The notes: generated by a model not told the origin, from the sequence alone. 32,000 bases of DNA from Candidatus Arthromitus sp. SFB-mouse-Japan (GCF_000270205.1 NC_015913.1:1230001-1262000); one strand, 5' to 3'. Shown: positions 16,701-26,171, counted from the first letter of the stretch. Made by a program: numbers and translations.

Positions 16701-16730
16701 AAGTCCCTCACCAATAATGATGAGGGACTT
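16701..16730. terminator. Bidirectional terminator between convergent Mn-catalase and rubrerythrin genes
   Basis: Perfect 10-bp stem AAGTCCCTCA (16701-16710) / TGAGGGACTT (16721-16730). T-rich sequence follows on both strands. Confidence 0.7.
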
Positions 16731-16756
16731 TTACTTCATTATAAAAAATTATTTTA

Positions 16757-17935
16757 CTAATAATTTTCAGCGTGAATCTCAAAATAACTCTTAGGATGTG
16801 CACATACAAGACATACCTCTGGTGCTTTTGTTCCAACTACAATATGACCACAGTTACGACACTCCCAAACCTTTACACTACTTTTTTCAAATACTTGTGC
16901 TGTTTCAATATTTTGAAGAAGCTTACGATATCTTTCCTCGTGATGTTTTTCAATCTTACCAACTTCTCTAAATTTTACAGCAAGATCGTGGAATCCTTCT
17001 TCTTCTGCAGTCTTTGCAAATTCTTCATACATGTCGGTCCACTCATAATTTTCTCCATCTGCAGCAGCCTTAAGGTTTTGTTTTGTATCTCCAATTCCTC
17101 CCAATTCCTTAAACCATAACTTCGCATGTTCTCTCTCATTCTCAGCAGTCTTCATAAATAATTCAGCCATTTGCTGATATCCTTCTTTCCTAGCTACAGA
17201 TGCAAAGTAGGTATATTTATTTCTTGCCTGAGATTCCCCAGCAAAAGCTTCCATGAGATTTTTCTCTGTTTTTGTTCCTGCGTACTTATTTATTATAGTT
17301 TTTTTATCTGATTGATTAGATACTTTTTCAAAATCTGATGCAGGATGTTTACATATAGGACAGATAAAATCATGCGGTAATTCTTCGCCAACATATTCAT
17401 ATCCACAAATCATACAACGCCATATAGTTTGTCCATCTTTAGTTAACCCAACAGCTTCAGGTTTTGGTTTAATATTATTAAAATAATATTCATATGTTAA
17501 TGACGGTGCAGAACTTAAAACTTCCATATCAGTAACCTCACCGATAAACATAGTATGAGTTCCTAAATCTTGAGTTTTAGTTACTTTTACTGATATATAA
17601 GCATTAGTCCCCTCTGTGATGTAATAAATACCATTAGAACCTCTTGTACAATTTTTATAATCTTCAAATTTATTAACTGTTTTTCCTGTTTGGAATCCAA
17701 AATGTTTAATTAAACTAAATTTTGCATCTTGACTCAAAACTGACACTGTAAATTCTCCAGTTCTTTCAATCATACCATGAGTATAATTCAATTTATTTAA
17801 ACAAATACTTATCTGTTTTGGCGAATCAGTAACTTGAATAGCTGTATTTAAAATACACCCATTATCCTTATCTGCTTCTCTTGCAGTTAAAACAAATAAT
17901 CCATAACTTAATTTAAATATTGCTCTTTGATCCAT
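16757..17935 (-). CDS. Four-domain fusion: flavin reductase-like domain + rubredoxin + rubrerythrin (diiron) + C-terminal rubredoxin-like domain
   Basis: N-terminal split-barrel flavin reductase pattern ([12 protein letters not shown]...[12 protein letters not shown]). Rubredoxin [10 protein letters not shown]...FICPICKHP. Diiron four-helix motifs ([47 protein letters not shown]). C-terminal WECRNCGH...CLVCAHP. Confidence 0.9.
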   Translation of the reverse strand: MDQRAIFKLSYGLFVLTAREADKDNGCILNTAIQVTDSPKQISICLNKLNYTHGMIERTGEFTVSVLSQDAKFSLIKHFGFQTGKTVNKFEDYKNCTRGSNGIYYITEGTNAYISVKVTKTQDLGTHTMFIGEVTDMEVLSSAPSLTYEYYFNNIKPKPEAVGLTKDGQTIWRCMICGYEYVGEELPHDFICPICKHPASDFEKVSNQSDKKTIINKYAGTKTEKNLMEAFAGESQARNKYTYFASVARKEGYQQMAELFMKTAENEREHAKLWFKELGGIGDTKQNLKAAADGENYEWTDMYEEFAKTAEEEGFHDLAVKFREVGKIEKHHEERYRKLLQNIETAQVFEKSSVKVWECRNCGHIVVGTKAPEVCLVCAHPKSYFEIHAENY

Positions 17936-18000
17936 ACTTATTAACCCTCCTACTACAATAATTTAAACAATCGTCTCTAAAAATACTCCATAATAAAACA

Positions 18001-18077
18001 AGCAGAAGGGCAAAATTCTTCGAAAAAATTAGATTTCTCGCAAAATTTAAAGTAGCGTAACTACAAACCCTTCTGCT
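18001..18077 (-). other. Structured RNA element / long-loop terminator between the MATE gene and the rubrerythrin gene
   Basis: Perfect 10-bp closing stem AGCAGAAGGG (18001-18010) / CCCTTCTGCT (18068-18077). On the minus strand it encloses two internal hairpins: GUAG-UUACG-CUAC, and CGAGAAA-UCUAAU-UUUUUCG with one G-U pair. Followed by UGUUUUAUU. Confidence 0.45.
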
Positions 18078-18225
18078 ATCCTCACGATAGTATTTATATC
18101 GTTAATTCTATTTATTTAATAATACCATAAATTAAATTATTCGTAAATTAAATAATTTGCTTATTTTCAAAGTATCTATTAAGATCTCAATCCTCTAGAT
18201 TTAAAACTTGCCTTCCACTACATTT

Positions 18226-19560
18226 TTATAAATACCTATACTTGCTCCTCTTTCCAATAATAAATAAAACTGTTATCAATACAGCAACAATCTCAGCAGC
18301 TATAACTGAAAACCATATACCATCAATTCCAAAAATTAATGGTAGAACAATAACTGCTACAATTTGAAATACCAAACTACGTAAAAACGAAATTAATGCA
18401 GAAGTCACACCATCATTTAGTGCGGTGAAAAAGGAGGAACCATAAATAGCAAATCCTGAAAACAAGAATGAAATAGAGTAAATCTTAAATGCCCTCTCTG
18501 TCATACCCATAAGCTCCATATCATACCCTACAAAAATACTTGCCAACGTTCCTGCTAAACTTTCTGCTAATCCAAACATAATAAGTGCAAAAATACAAAT
18601 AATAATACAACTCTTTCTCAATAATCCTTTTAACTCTGAATAATTCTTTGCTCCATAATGATATCCAATTACTGGAGCTACCCCTGTAGAATATCCAATA
18701 AAAATGGAAAGAAAAATCATATTAACATACATAAGTACCCCATAAACAGCAATTCCATTTTCTCCTGCATATTTCATAAGCTGAAAATTATATAACATAC
18801 TTACAATTGATAAAGAAATGTTACTCATAAGTTCAGAAGAACCATTTGTGCACGTCTTTAACAAAGCCTTTGCATTCATTTTTGTCTTTGTTAATCTTAA
18901 TACACCAGCATTTGGCCTACAAAAATACAAAACTGAAATTGTAGCCCCAAGTATTTGACTTATTGTTGTAGCAACAGCTGCACCAACAATTCCCCATGAA
19001 AAAACTGCCATAAACAATGCATCTAAAATCATATTTGTAACTCCACATACTACTGTAGTAATAAGACCCATATGTGGTTTGCCAGCTGTAATAAAAAAGC
19101 TTTGAAACTCAAACTGAATCATATAAAAAGGCAACGCTACCAATATAATTTTACCATAAATAATACAATTCTCTAACATTTCTCCATCTGCACCCATAAA
19201 AGATACAATAGGCTCAATAAAAATAAAACTTACAATAAAAATAATAATTCCACAAATAATCGTACTATATACAATCAAAGAAAAAAGGCGTCTTGCCTTA
19301 TCCTGATCGCCTTCCCCCAAAATCTTAGAAACAAGAGCACTACCACCTGAACCAAACATAAAACCAATAGATGCCAAAATAATAAGTACTGGCATAATAA
19401 AATTAACAGCAGCAAATGGAACCTTCCCAACAAAATTAGAAACAAAGAATCCATCTACCACCATATAGAGAGAAGTAAATACCATCATAATCATAGATGG
19501 AAATGTAAATCTTAATAACTTTTTATAATTAAATTTATCCGAAAGTTGTATAGTACCCAT
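18226..19560 (-). CDS. MATE family efflux transporter
   Basis: 444 aa, 12-TM pattern. The N-terminus LLRFTFPSMIMMVFTSLYMVVDGFFVSNFVG is typical of MATE (NorM/DinF-like). Begins 2 nt after the MarR gene stop. Confidence 0.9.
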   Translation of the reverse strand: MGTIQLSDKFNYKKLLRFTFPSMIMMVFTSLYMVVDGFFVSNFVGKVPFAAVNFIMPVLIILASIGFMFGSGGSALVSKILGEGDQDKARRLFSLIVYSTIICGIIIFIVSFIFIEPIVSFMGADGEMLENCIIYGKIILVALPFYMIQFEFQSFFITAGKPHMGLITTVVCGVTNMILDALFMAVFSWGIVGAAVATTISQILGATISVLYFCRPNAGVLRLTKTKMNAKALLKTCTNGSSELMSNISLSIVSMLYNFQLMKYAGENGIAVYGVLMYVNMIFLSIFIGYSTGVAPVIGYHYGAKNYSELKGLLRKSCIIICIFALIMFGLAESLAGTLASIFVGYDMELMGMTERAFKIYSISFLFSGFAIYGSSFFTALNDGVTSALISFLRSLVFQIVAVIVLPLIFGIDGIWFSVIAAEIVAVLITVLFIIGKRSKYRYL

Positions 19561-19561
19561 A

Positions 19562-19999
19562 TTAAAACTCCTTTACTTTTTTCTTAAAATCTCTCAAATA
19601 TCGCTGTGTTAATCCTATGTAAATTTTCCTTTCTTCATCAGACCATGATGAAAATATATCATTCTCTACTTTAATTACACGAAGAACTGTATCTTTTACA
19701 AATTCCTTTCCTTTTTCAGTGAGATATACTTTCTTTTTTCTACCATTAAAAGTTTCTAAATATATTATCTTATCTGCTTCCAGTTTGCGAAGTGCCGAAT
19801 TAATAGTCTGCTTACTAGCCCCAGATATAATATCTCCAAGCATACACTCTCCATTATTAGAACAAAGTGCATAAAGAATTAGCATAGAACTATCAGTAAT
19901 ACCCAGTCTAAGTGCTACTTCATGATAAACTACATCTATTTTTGACATTAAAAAATTAAATGATCCTATTTCTTCATTAAAACAAAATTCCATACCCAC
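19562..19999 (-). CDS. MarR family transcriptional regulator
   Basis: 145 aa winged-HTH pattern (SSMLILYALC...GDIISGASKQTINSALRKLEADKIIYL...GRKKKVYLTEKG). First gene of the MarR-MATE operon. Confidence 0.85.
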   Translation of the reverse strand: MGMEFCFNEEIGSFNFLMSKIDVVYHEVALRLGITDSSMLILYALCSNNGECMLGDIISGASKQTINSALRKLEADKIIYLETFNGRKKKVYLTEKGKEFVKDTVLRVIKVENDIFSSWSDEERKIYIGLTQRYLRDFKKKVKEF

Positions 20000-20007
20000 T
20001 CCTTATT

Positions 20008-20023
20008 GTACGATTTCGTACAT
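20008..20023. promoter_or_regulatory. Perfect palindrome, candidate MarR operator
   Basis: TGTACGA-TT-TCGTACA (7-2-7, perfect). Located between the promoter -10 and the RBS of the MarR gene. Confidence 0.5.
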
Positions 20024-20034
20024 ACACAACGACC

Positions 20035-20063
20035 AGTATACTGTGATTTCACATTTTTGTCAA
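20035..20063 (-). promoter_or_regulatory. Sigma-A-type promoter of the MarR-MATE operon
   Basis: On the minus strand: TTGACA (20063-20058), a 17-nt spacer, TATACT (20040-20035). Confidence 0.7.
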
Positions 20064-20102
20064 ATAATCTTTATTATCTAAATTCTTAAACATAAGATAC
20101 TC

Positions 20103-20135
20103 AAATAAAAAACACTACTAACTCTTATAGCAGTG
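20103..20135 (-). terminator. Second rho-independent terminator downstream of the catalase gene
   Basis: On the minus strand: CACUGCUA-uaagagu-UAGUAGUG, 8 bp including one G-U pair, followed by UUUUUUAUUU. Confidence 0.55.
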
Positions 20136-20255
20136 CTCAAATTTTTGATTACGATTTAAAACATATATAAGATTATCTATATTTCATTAAATAATTAAAA
20201 ATTTATGAATTACTGATAAATCCAAATAAATATATTCATAATTGTCTAAATATCA

Positions 20256-20296
20256 TACAAAAAAATAAATGGACAATGAAATCTCATTATCCATTT
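20256..20296 (-). terminator. Rho-independent terminator of the catalase gene
   Basis: On the minus strand: AUGGAUAAUGA-gauu-UCAUUGUCCAU, 11 bp including one U-G pair, followed by UUAUUUUUUU. Starts about 12 nt after the stop codon. Confidence 0.75.
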
Positions 20297-20307
20297 AAAA
20301 AATTATA

Positions 20308-21774
20308 TTATTTTATTTCATCCATAGAAATTCCTAAAACATTAGCAAGACCTTGTCCATATTCTGGATCTGCTTTATAACAATTTGATATATGTCTTAT
20401 CTTAATCTCTTTTGGAATATCTCCCATGGAACGAGCAGTGTTTTCAAATAAAACTTTTCTCTGCTCTGGCGACATCAATCTAAAAAGCTTTCCTGGTTGT
20501 GTATAGTAATCATTATCATCTTCCCTAAAATTCCAGTGATCAGCGCTACCACTTAGTGATAATGATGGTTCCCTGTATTCTGGCTGCTCTTGCCATTTAC
20601 CATAACTATTAGGCTCATAACCTAAAGTACTTCCCGAGTTACCATCTACTCTCATTTTACCATCTCTATGATAACTATTAATTGGGCATTTTGGCGCATT
20701 AACAGGAATCTGATTAATATTTACACCCAATCTATAACGTTGAGCATCACCATAAGCAAATAATCTTCCTTGAAGCATTTTATCAGGTGAAAAACTTATT
20801 CCAGGTACCACACTCGCTGGATTAAATGCTGCTTGTTCTACTTCTGCAAAATAATTGTCTGGATTACGATTAAGTTCTAAATATCCAACTTCAATCAACG
20901 GAAACTCATCTTTATACCAAACTTTTGTTAAATCAAAAGGATTATACGGCATCTTTGATGCTTGTTCTTCAGTCATTACCTGAATATACATCTTCCAACG
21001 TGGATAATCTCCTTTTTCAATACTTTCATATAAATCACGTTGATGTGCCTCACGATCTTTCCCTGTTATTATTTCAGCTTCCTCATCTGTTAAATTCTTA
21101 ATTCCTTGTTGAGTAATAAAATGAAATTTAACCCAAACACGTTCATTTTTATCATTTATCATACTAAAAGTATGACTACCAAATCCATGCATATGTCTAT
21201 ATGATAATGGTATACCTCTATCACTCATTGTAATTGTAACTTGATGGAGTGCTTCTGGAAGTGATGTCCAAAAATCCCAGTTATTTTTTGCACTTCTCAT
21301 ATTTGTTCTTGGATCTCTTTTAACAGCATGGTTTAAGTCTGGAAATTTTAGTGGATCCCTAAGAAAAAATACTGGAGTATTATTCCCAGCTAAATCCCAG
21401 TTTCCCTCTTCTGTATAAAACTTTATAGCAAATCCCCTAATATCACGTTCCACATCTGCAGCACCACGTTCACCTGCAACTGTTGAAAATCTTAAAAATA
21501 AATCTGTCTTCTTACCAATTTCTGAAAATATTTTAGCCTTAGTATATTTTGTAATATCATGAGTAACAACAAAAGTTCCATATGCCCCAGAACCCTTTGC
21601 ATGCATTCTTCTCTCTGGAATTACTTCCCTATCAAAATGTGCAAGTTTTTCTAAGAACCATACATCTTGCAATAACATAGGTCCTCTTGGCCCAGCTGTC
21701 ATAGCATTTTGATTATCTGATACTGGAGCTCCAAAAGCAGTTGTGAGCTTTTTCTTATTATCTTCTGAATTCAT
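20308..21774 (-). CDS. katA: Monofunctional heme catalase (small-subunit, KatA-type)
   Basis: 488 aa with near-canonical catalase strings ([49 protein letters not shown]). AGGAGG RBS. Confidence 0.95.
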   Translation of the reverse strand: MNSEDNKKKLTTAFGAPVSDNQNAMTAGPRGPMLLQDVWFLEKLAHFDREVIPERRMHAKGSGAYGTFVVTHDITKYTKAKIFSEIGKKTDLFLRFSTVAGERGAADVERDIRGFAIKFYTEEGNWDLAGNNTPVFFLRDPLKFPDLNHAVKRDPRTNMRSAKNNWDFWTSLPEALHQVTITMSDRGIPLSYRHMHGFGSHTFSMINDKNERVWVKFHFITQQGIKNLTDEEAEIITGKDREAHQRDLYESIEKGDYPRWKMYIQVMTEEQASKMPYNPFDLTKVWYKDEFPLIEVGYLELNRNPDNYFAEVEQAAFNPASVVPGISFSPDKMLQGRLFAYGDAQRYRLGVNINQIPVNAPKCPINSYHRDGKMRVDGNSGSTLGYEPNSYGKWQEQPEYREPSLSLSGSADHWNFREDDNDYYTQPGKLFRLMSPEQRKVLFENTARSMGDIPKEIKIRHISNCYKADPEYGQGLANVLGISMDEIK

Positions 21775-21821
21775 TTACACTACCTCCTTCAATTATCAAT
21801 ATTCAAAAATTTTTTAATGAT

Positions 21822-21836
21822 TTATGATAATTAAAT
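21822..21836. promoter_or_regulatory. PerR/Fur-family-box-like site upstream of katA
   Basis: TTATGAT-A-ATTAAAT matches the B. subtilis PerR-box TTATAAT-N-ATTATAA at 11 of 14 positions. Lies about 50-60 nt upstream of the katA ATG. AT-only, so low specificity. Confidence 0.35.
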
Positions 21837-21851
21837 GAAATTACATGATTC

Positions 21852-22280
21852 TCACACGCTATCTAATACCTGAATACATTCTGAACATAAACCCTTAAAA
21901 TATACATCTTTTTCCTGAATTTGGAATTGATTTAAAGAATCATTATAAATTTTATCAACATCAATTTCAAAATCATATATCCTATCACACTGTTTGCACT
22001 TAAAGTGACCATGGCTAAATGTCATAGCATCATATCTTAACTCATTTTCTTCAATGTAAACACCCTTTAATATATTTGCTTCAATAAAAACATTAATTGT
22101 ATTATATACGGTAGACTTTGACAAAGTTGGAATCTCCTCCAAAACCTTATTATAAACTTCATCTGCCGTTGGATGATCGTTATACTTTATTAAACTTTCA
22201 AGTATCTTTATCCGTTGAAAAGATGGCTTTATATTATGTTTAACTAAATACTCAGTCAAATTTTCAATTTTATCAATCAC
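21852..22280 (-). CDS. perR: Fur-family metalloregulator, probably the peroxide sensor PerR
   Basis: 142 aa. DNA-binding region HPTADEVYNKV...LSKSTVYNTINVF. Regulatory His cluster HGHFKC. Two CxxC pairs (CKQC, CSEC). Sits directly upstream of katA. GTG start at 22280. The PerR versus Fur/Zur call is from context. Confidence 0.8.
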   Translation of the reverse strand: MIDKIENLTEYLVKHNIKPSFQRIKILESLIKYNDHPTADEVYNKVLEEIPTLSKSTVYNTINVFIEANILKGVYIEENELRYDAMTFSHGHFKCKQCDRIYDFEIDVDKIYNDSLNQFQIQEKDVYFKGLCSECIQVLDSV

Positions 22281-22296
22281 GAGAAATCACTCTTTC

Positions 22297-22347
22297 TTAA
22301 TAATAATTATCATTTTATATTTATTATGATTTAATTATAATTATATT
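22297..22347. promoter_or_regulatory. Two Fur-family-box-like sites upstream of perR (possible autoregulation)
   Basis: TTAATAATAATTATCATT (22297-22314, exact ATTATCA half-site) and TTAATTATAATTATATT (22331-22347, PerR-box-like). Confidence 0.35.
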
Positions 22348-22776
22348 TTGATAATATGTCAATAAAAAAACAATGTCGTAATAACAATAAACCACTTATA
22401 TGTTAAACCACAAAATTAATATTATCTACCTTATCTTAAAATCTAAAAATACAAACCACTTCTTTCCCCAATCTAACAACATAAACTACATAAATAAATA
22501 ATATAAATGTGTGATTATTAGGTACTAATAATAAAATCGTAAGTTATTATTATACATTTAGTTAAATTAATTTCTTTCTATCTAACCACTCTTCGGTTTT
22601 AAAACATATTAACCTGGAAATCATTGTTATCAGTACAAAATAAAATTATTCATAGAATACATTTAAATCATAAATATGTCCATTTTATTTATACTAGTAG
22701 AACAATATCAGAAATTAACATTGCTAAAAAGAATCTTCTGTAAAAGGAGATGCTAAAATTATATTAGTAAATTATT

Positions 22777-23310
22777 TTAAACATTTGGAATCACTCTACG
22801 TATCCTATTACACACTATAAAAGCTAATGCAAGCTTTAACAAATCTGGAACTATGTATGGAAATACACACATTGACAATATTTTTATAACTGAATGTTCT
22901 AATCCTTGAACTTCATATATTATCTGAAACCATAGAGTACCCACCACATAACATAAAAATAATCCAATCAAGAGAACAAATGCTTTAATTCTTGGATGCT
23001 TTAAAATCAACGACTCAAATAAACAATAACAAAGTGCAGTAAATATAAATCCTATAATATACCCCCCTGTAGGTCCTATAATATGACCAACACCCCCCTT
23101 AAAACCAGCAAATACAGGCAATCCTATACATCCTATAAAAATATATAAAAAAATCGCCAAAAGACCATCTTGTCCACCCAACAATAATAATGCACAAAAA
23201 ACTGCAAAAGTTTGCATGGTAAAAGGTAGTGCAGAAGGTATATTGATCCATGAACAAATTGATATAAGACATGTCATCATAGCTATTAAAATAATTCTTT
23301 TTGTAGGCAT
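22777..23310 (-). CDS. bioY: Biotin transporter BioY (ECF S-component)
   Basis: 177 aa with family-typical strings (PFTMQTFAVFCALLLLG, GLPVFAGFKGGVGHIIGPTGGYIIGF). AGGAGG RBS. Confidence 0.9.
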   Translation of the reverse strand: MPTKRIILIAMMTCLISICSWINIPSALPFTMQTFAVFCALLLLGGQDGLLAIFLYIFIGCIGLPVFAGFKGGVGHIIGPTGGYIIGFIFTALCYCLFESLILKHPRIKAFVLLIGLFLCYVVGTLWFQIIYEVQGLEHSVIKILSMCVFPYIVPDLLKLALAFIVCNRIRRVIPNV

Positions 23311-23465
23311 TATCCTTCCTCCTCAAATTAACATTTATCTTTATAAAATTATTTTTATAAATAGCATACTCCTTTACATAAAAATATCATCAACCAAACT
23401 AATTAATATTTTTCTCCATCAAATAATTTATTAATGTAATTCTCTCCCTCGCTTACTTAATCACT

Positions 23466-23790
23466 TTATATCCCCTTTCCTAAAAAAGATTTTGAAATAA
23501 TGAGTACATGTACCGTTATCATATCAACATTAATTTCACATTCCAATTTATTATAAATAACAGTGGCAATTCCTCTATTCTGATAATCATGACGAATAAT
23601 TAACTAATCAATCAGTATCTCCGAATCCAACAATAATTCCATTATAAACTGCAACCAAACTATAATTTTCTTTTAAATACTCATCCCATTTTCTAAAATC
23701 TATTTGTTCTATCTCTCAAACATATAATTGATCTTTTAAATAAACTTCTACGTTTATTGTATAAACTGTATTATAAAAAAGTCTGACAAT
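23466..23790 (-). pseudogene. Decayed GNAT-family N-acetyltransferase
   Basis: My translation: ...EIEQIDFRKWDEYLKENYSLVAVYNGIIVGFGDTD, then after a frame change ID*LIIRHDYQNRGIATVIYNKLECEINVDMITVHV...GKGI-stop (23466-23468). The acetyl-CoA motif Q-x-x-G-x-A is present (QNRGIA). In-frame TGA at 23716-23718 and TAG at 23604-23606, plus one frameshift near 23610. Confidence 0.6.
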
Positions 23791-24082
23791 TTAATTACAA
23801 TAATATGGTGTATATTTTCTAACACTCATAATCAGAAATCTTATTAATAGTAAGAGAAAGAATAGTCTGAAAATAAACATTATCCCCTTTATTACTCCCA
23901 TACATAAAAACTTTTAATGTCTTACTTATATATTTCAAACAATCTTCATAATTTAGCACAATATTATTACATCTTATCTCATACTGTACTGTTGCAATAA
24001 AATCCAAATCAGATTGAATATCTCTAATCAATAATTCATAACTACTGACAACTGCAACTTATGTATTATTTTCCTTAATAAC

Positions 24083-25286
24083 TTACATCTTCACTATCCA
24101 ACACCTCTTTTTTATATAAATACCAAAAAATACACAAATTCGGAGACCTAAATTTTTATTCAAGCCTCCGAATTTTATATTATTTTGAATCCAATTTTCA
24201 ATATCATTTGCAATTACATCATTATTAAGATCCTGAAACATCATATGGTCGTTACCGTATATTCCCTTATATGGTAAATTTATAATTTCATAAACCCCTC
24301 CATCACCTTTATACACTTGCTAAAAATCGTAAGCCATAGATTTCATCATTGCCCACATTTCAGAAACAGGTACATCACTAAATTCTTCTCCTATATAATC
24401 ACCATAGTAAAATACCACAGGAATATTATTTTGAAGCATTGCTTGATAATCCTCGCTTCCTACAACTGGTGCCGCTCCTGATTCAATAGCTACAATAGCT
24501 GCAATATTATCTGTATATTTTACTGTTTCCCATCCAGGATTACCTCCTTGAGAGTGTGTAACAAGAATAAATTTCTTACCAGTTTTTTGATATGCTTCAT
24601 CAATAGTAGCTGCAACAGCTTTAGCCACAACAGTTACATCAATACTTTAATCGCCATTCGCAGAATCCATTGCAGTATCTGGTGTCATTTGACGGAAAAA
24701 TTGATCTAATAATTCTTCTCCTTTTGGAAATTGTGAATTATTATTATAAGTAAAAGCATTATCTATATACGTTCCTATACGAAACTGTGTATATCATGTT
24801 TGATCGGAAGGCTCTGTACTTATTGTTCCAGCTACTGAAGTTTGTCCAGCTTCTCCTCGTCTTGGTTGATCAATTAAAAATACACTATGTTCCTTTTTTA
24901 AAAACATATCATAGCAACCTTCCCTTCCATCTGGTGTGGTCATAAATCCTACTCTAGATTGTCCATATCCATGCAAAAACACCATAGGAAGTCCAATTTC
25001 TTCTAACGGTATTTGATAAAATACATTAGCATGATCGACATGAGATGTAGATCCATCTCTTGATATATAATAATTTGAAATATCAAATGTCCCTTCAGAT
25101 AAAGTTACTGTACCCTCCCCCGCCGAAAAAACTCCCTGTTCTTTGATCGATAATACACTGTCATTCTTACTTAACACTTCATTTTCTGCTACTCTATTTA
25201 TACTAACTGTGTTATCCCCACAAGAAACAAACGTCATTAATACCATAAGACACTGCACCTATAAAATCACCTATTTTTTTATTCAT
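24083..25286 (-). pseudogene. Decayed lipoprotein alpha/beta-hydrolase (esterase/lipase-like)
   Basis: Three track ORFs (24794-25258, 24320-24628, 24083-24316) are all in one frame and read as one protein. It has a lipobox (TFVSCG), the nucleophile elbow THSQGG and a C-terminal GNDHMMF His region. It is interrupted by TGA (24794-24796), TAA (24647-24649) and TAG (24320-24322). The likely true start, ATG 25286 (MNKKIGDFI...), is one nt out of frame with the rest. Confidence 0.7.
24137..24174 (-). terminator. Probable terminator of the hydrolase pseudogene
   Basis: AATTCGGAG (24137-24145) / CTCCGAATT (24166-24174), a 9-bp stem with a 20-nt loop. A T-run follows 7 nt after the stem on the minus strand. 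It lies inside the read-through tail of the last ORF fragment. Confidence 0.45.
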
Positions 25287-25519
25287 TATTGTACTATTCC
25301 CCCTAAATTGCAAAATCAAAAATATCCGTCCGTCGTTATATCATAAAACAAATAAAATATCAACTTTGAAATATACCTACCAACAAATTCATATTCAGAA
25401 AACTATAGGCACTAAAAAATATATCTTACTTTCAAATATTATATAAGTAACTCAATATATATGTAAAAAATTATCTTCTTAATTGTCTCTATGTATTTGT
25501 TATACCTTTCATATAAACA

Positions 25520-26086
25520 TCATTCTATATGTTCCAAGAAACAATCTTTCTCATGGGAATAAATTACTCCTACTGCCTGCATATAAGAATAGATAATAAT
25601 AGTACCTACAAATTTCATTCCACGCTTTTTTAAATCTTTCGATACAGAATCCGAAATTGGGGAACTAATCACATCATTTTCATAAATCACTCTTTCTCCC
25701 GTCCAATTCCAAAGATAATTTGAAAAATTGCCATATTCTCTACATATTTCCTGAAACACATTAGCATTATTTACAGCAGCTTTTATTTTTAGACGATTTC
25801 TTATAATCTCTTTATCCTCACACAATTCTTCTATCTTTTTATCACCATATGCACAAACTTTCTCCAACTCAAATTCATCAAATGCTACACGAAATGCTTC
25901 CCGTTTATTCAATATACATTCCCAGCTCAGTCCTGCTTGAAAACATTCTAAAATCAACATTTCAAATAATTTATGGTCATCATAAATAGGAATTCCCCAC
26001 TCTTCATCATGATAACGCAAATAAATATCATTGCTTGGATTTGCCCATTTACACCTTATCCTTCCATCTTTCCACTTTATTTCCAT
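25520..26086 (-). CDS. tag: DNA-3-methyladenine glycosylase I
   Basis: 188 aa with RCKWANPSNDIYLRYHDEEWGIPIYDDHKLFEMLILECFQAGLSW, characteristic of Tag. Confidence 0.9.
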   Translation of the reverse strand: MEIKWKDGRIRCKWANPSNDIYLRYHDEEWGIPIYDDHKLFEMLILECFQAGLSWECILNKREAFRVAFDEFELEKVCAYGDKKIEELCEDKEIIRNRLKIKAAVNNANVFQEICREYGNFSNYLWNWTGERVIYENDVISSPISDSVSKDLKKRGMKFVGTIIIYSYMQAVGVIYSHEKDCFLEHIE

Positions 26087-26171
26087 AACTTCTCCTAAAA
26101 ATTTTCTTGTGACTTTTTAACATTATCATTAATTAGATTCCATTTATGTAAATAATCTCACTGAAAAATTT

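Noticed and set aside
18128-18158. TAAATTAAAT(T)A(T)T direct repeat and AAATTATT-N9-AATAATTT inverted repeat, considered as a PerR operator for the rubrerythrin gene.
   Set aside because: It is pure A/T sequence in about 75 percent A+T DNA, about 200 nt from the start codon, with a poor match to the 7-1-7 PerR consensus. It is indistinguishable from background by eye.
23099-23434. Track ORFs 23099-23326 (-) and 23216-23434 (+) around the bioY start.
   Set aside because: They overlap bioY or its upstream region in other frames or on the other strand, with no RBS and low-complexity translations.
23819-24031. 70-codon ORF (MIRDIQSDLDFIATVQYEIRC...) between the GNAT remnant and the hydrolase remnant.
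   Set aside because: I could not recognise a family, and it is in a different frame from the GNAT remnant. It lies in a region of obvious gene decay. It may be another fragment, but I cannot support a call.
24320-24796. Possibility that the in-frame TGA/TAA/TAG codons reflect an alternative genetic code or programmed read-through.
   Set aside because: All three stop codons occur as interruptions. The stops I read directly at intact genes are standard terminators, including TAA (exporter gene at 230, leader ORF at 15689), TGA (antirepressor gene at 29153) and TAG (radical-SAM gene at 11575). The same genes also carry frameshifts. Ordinary pseudogenisation is the simpler explanation.
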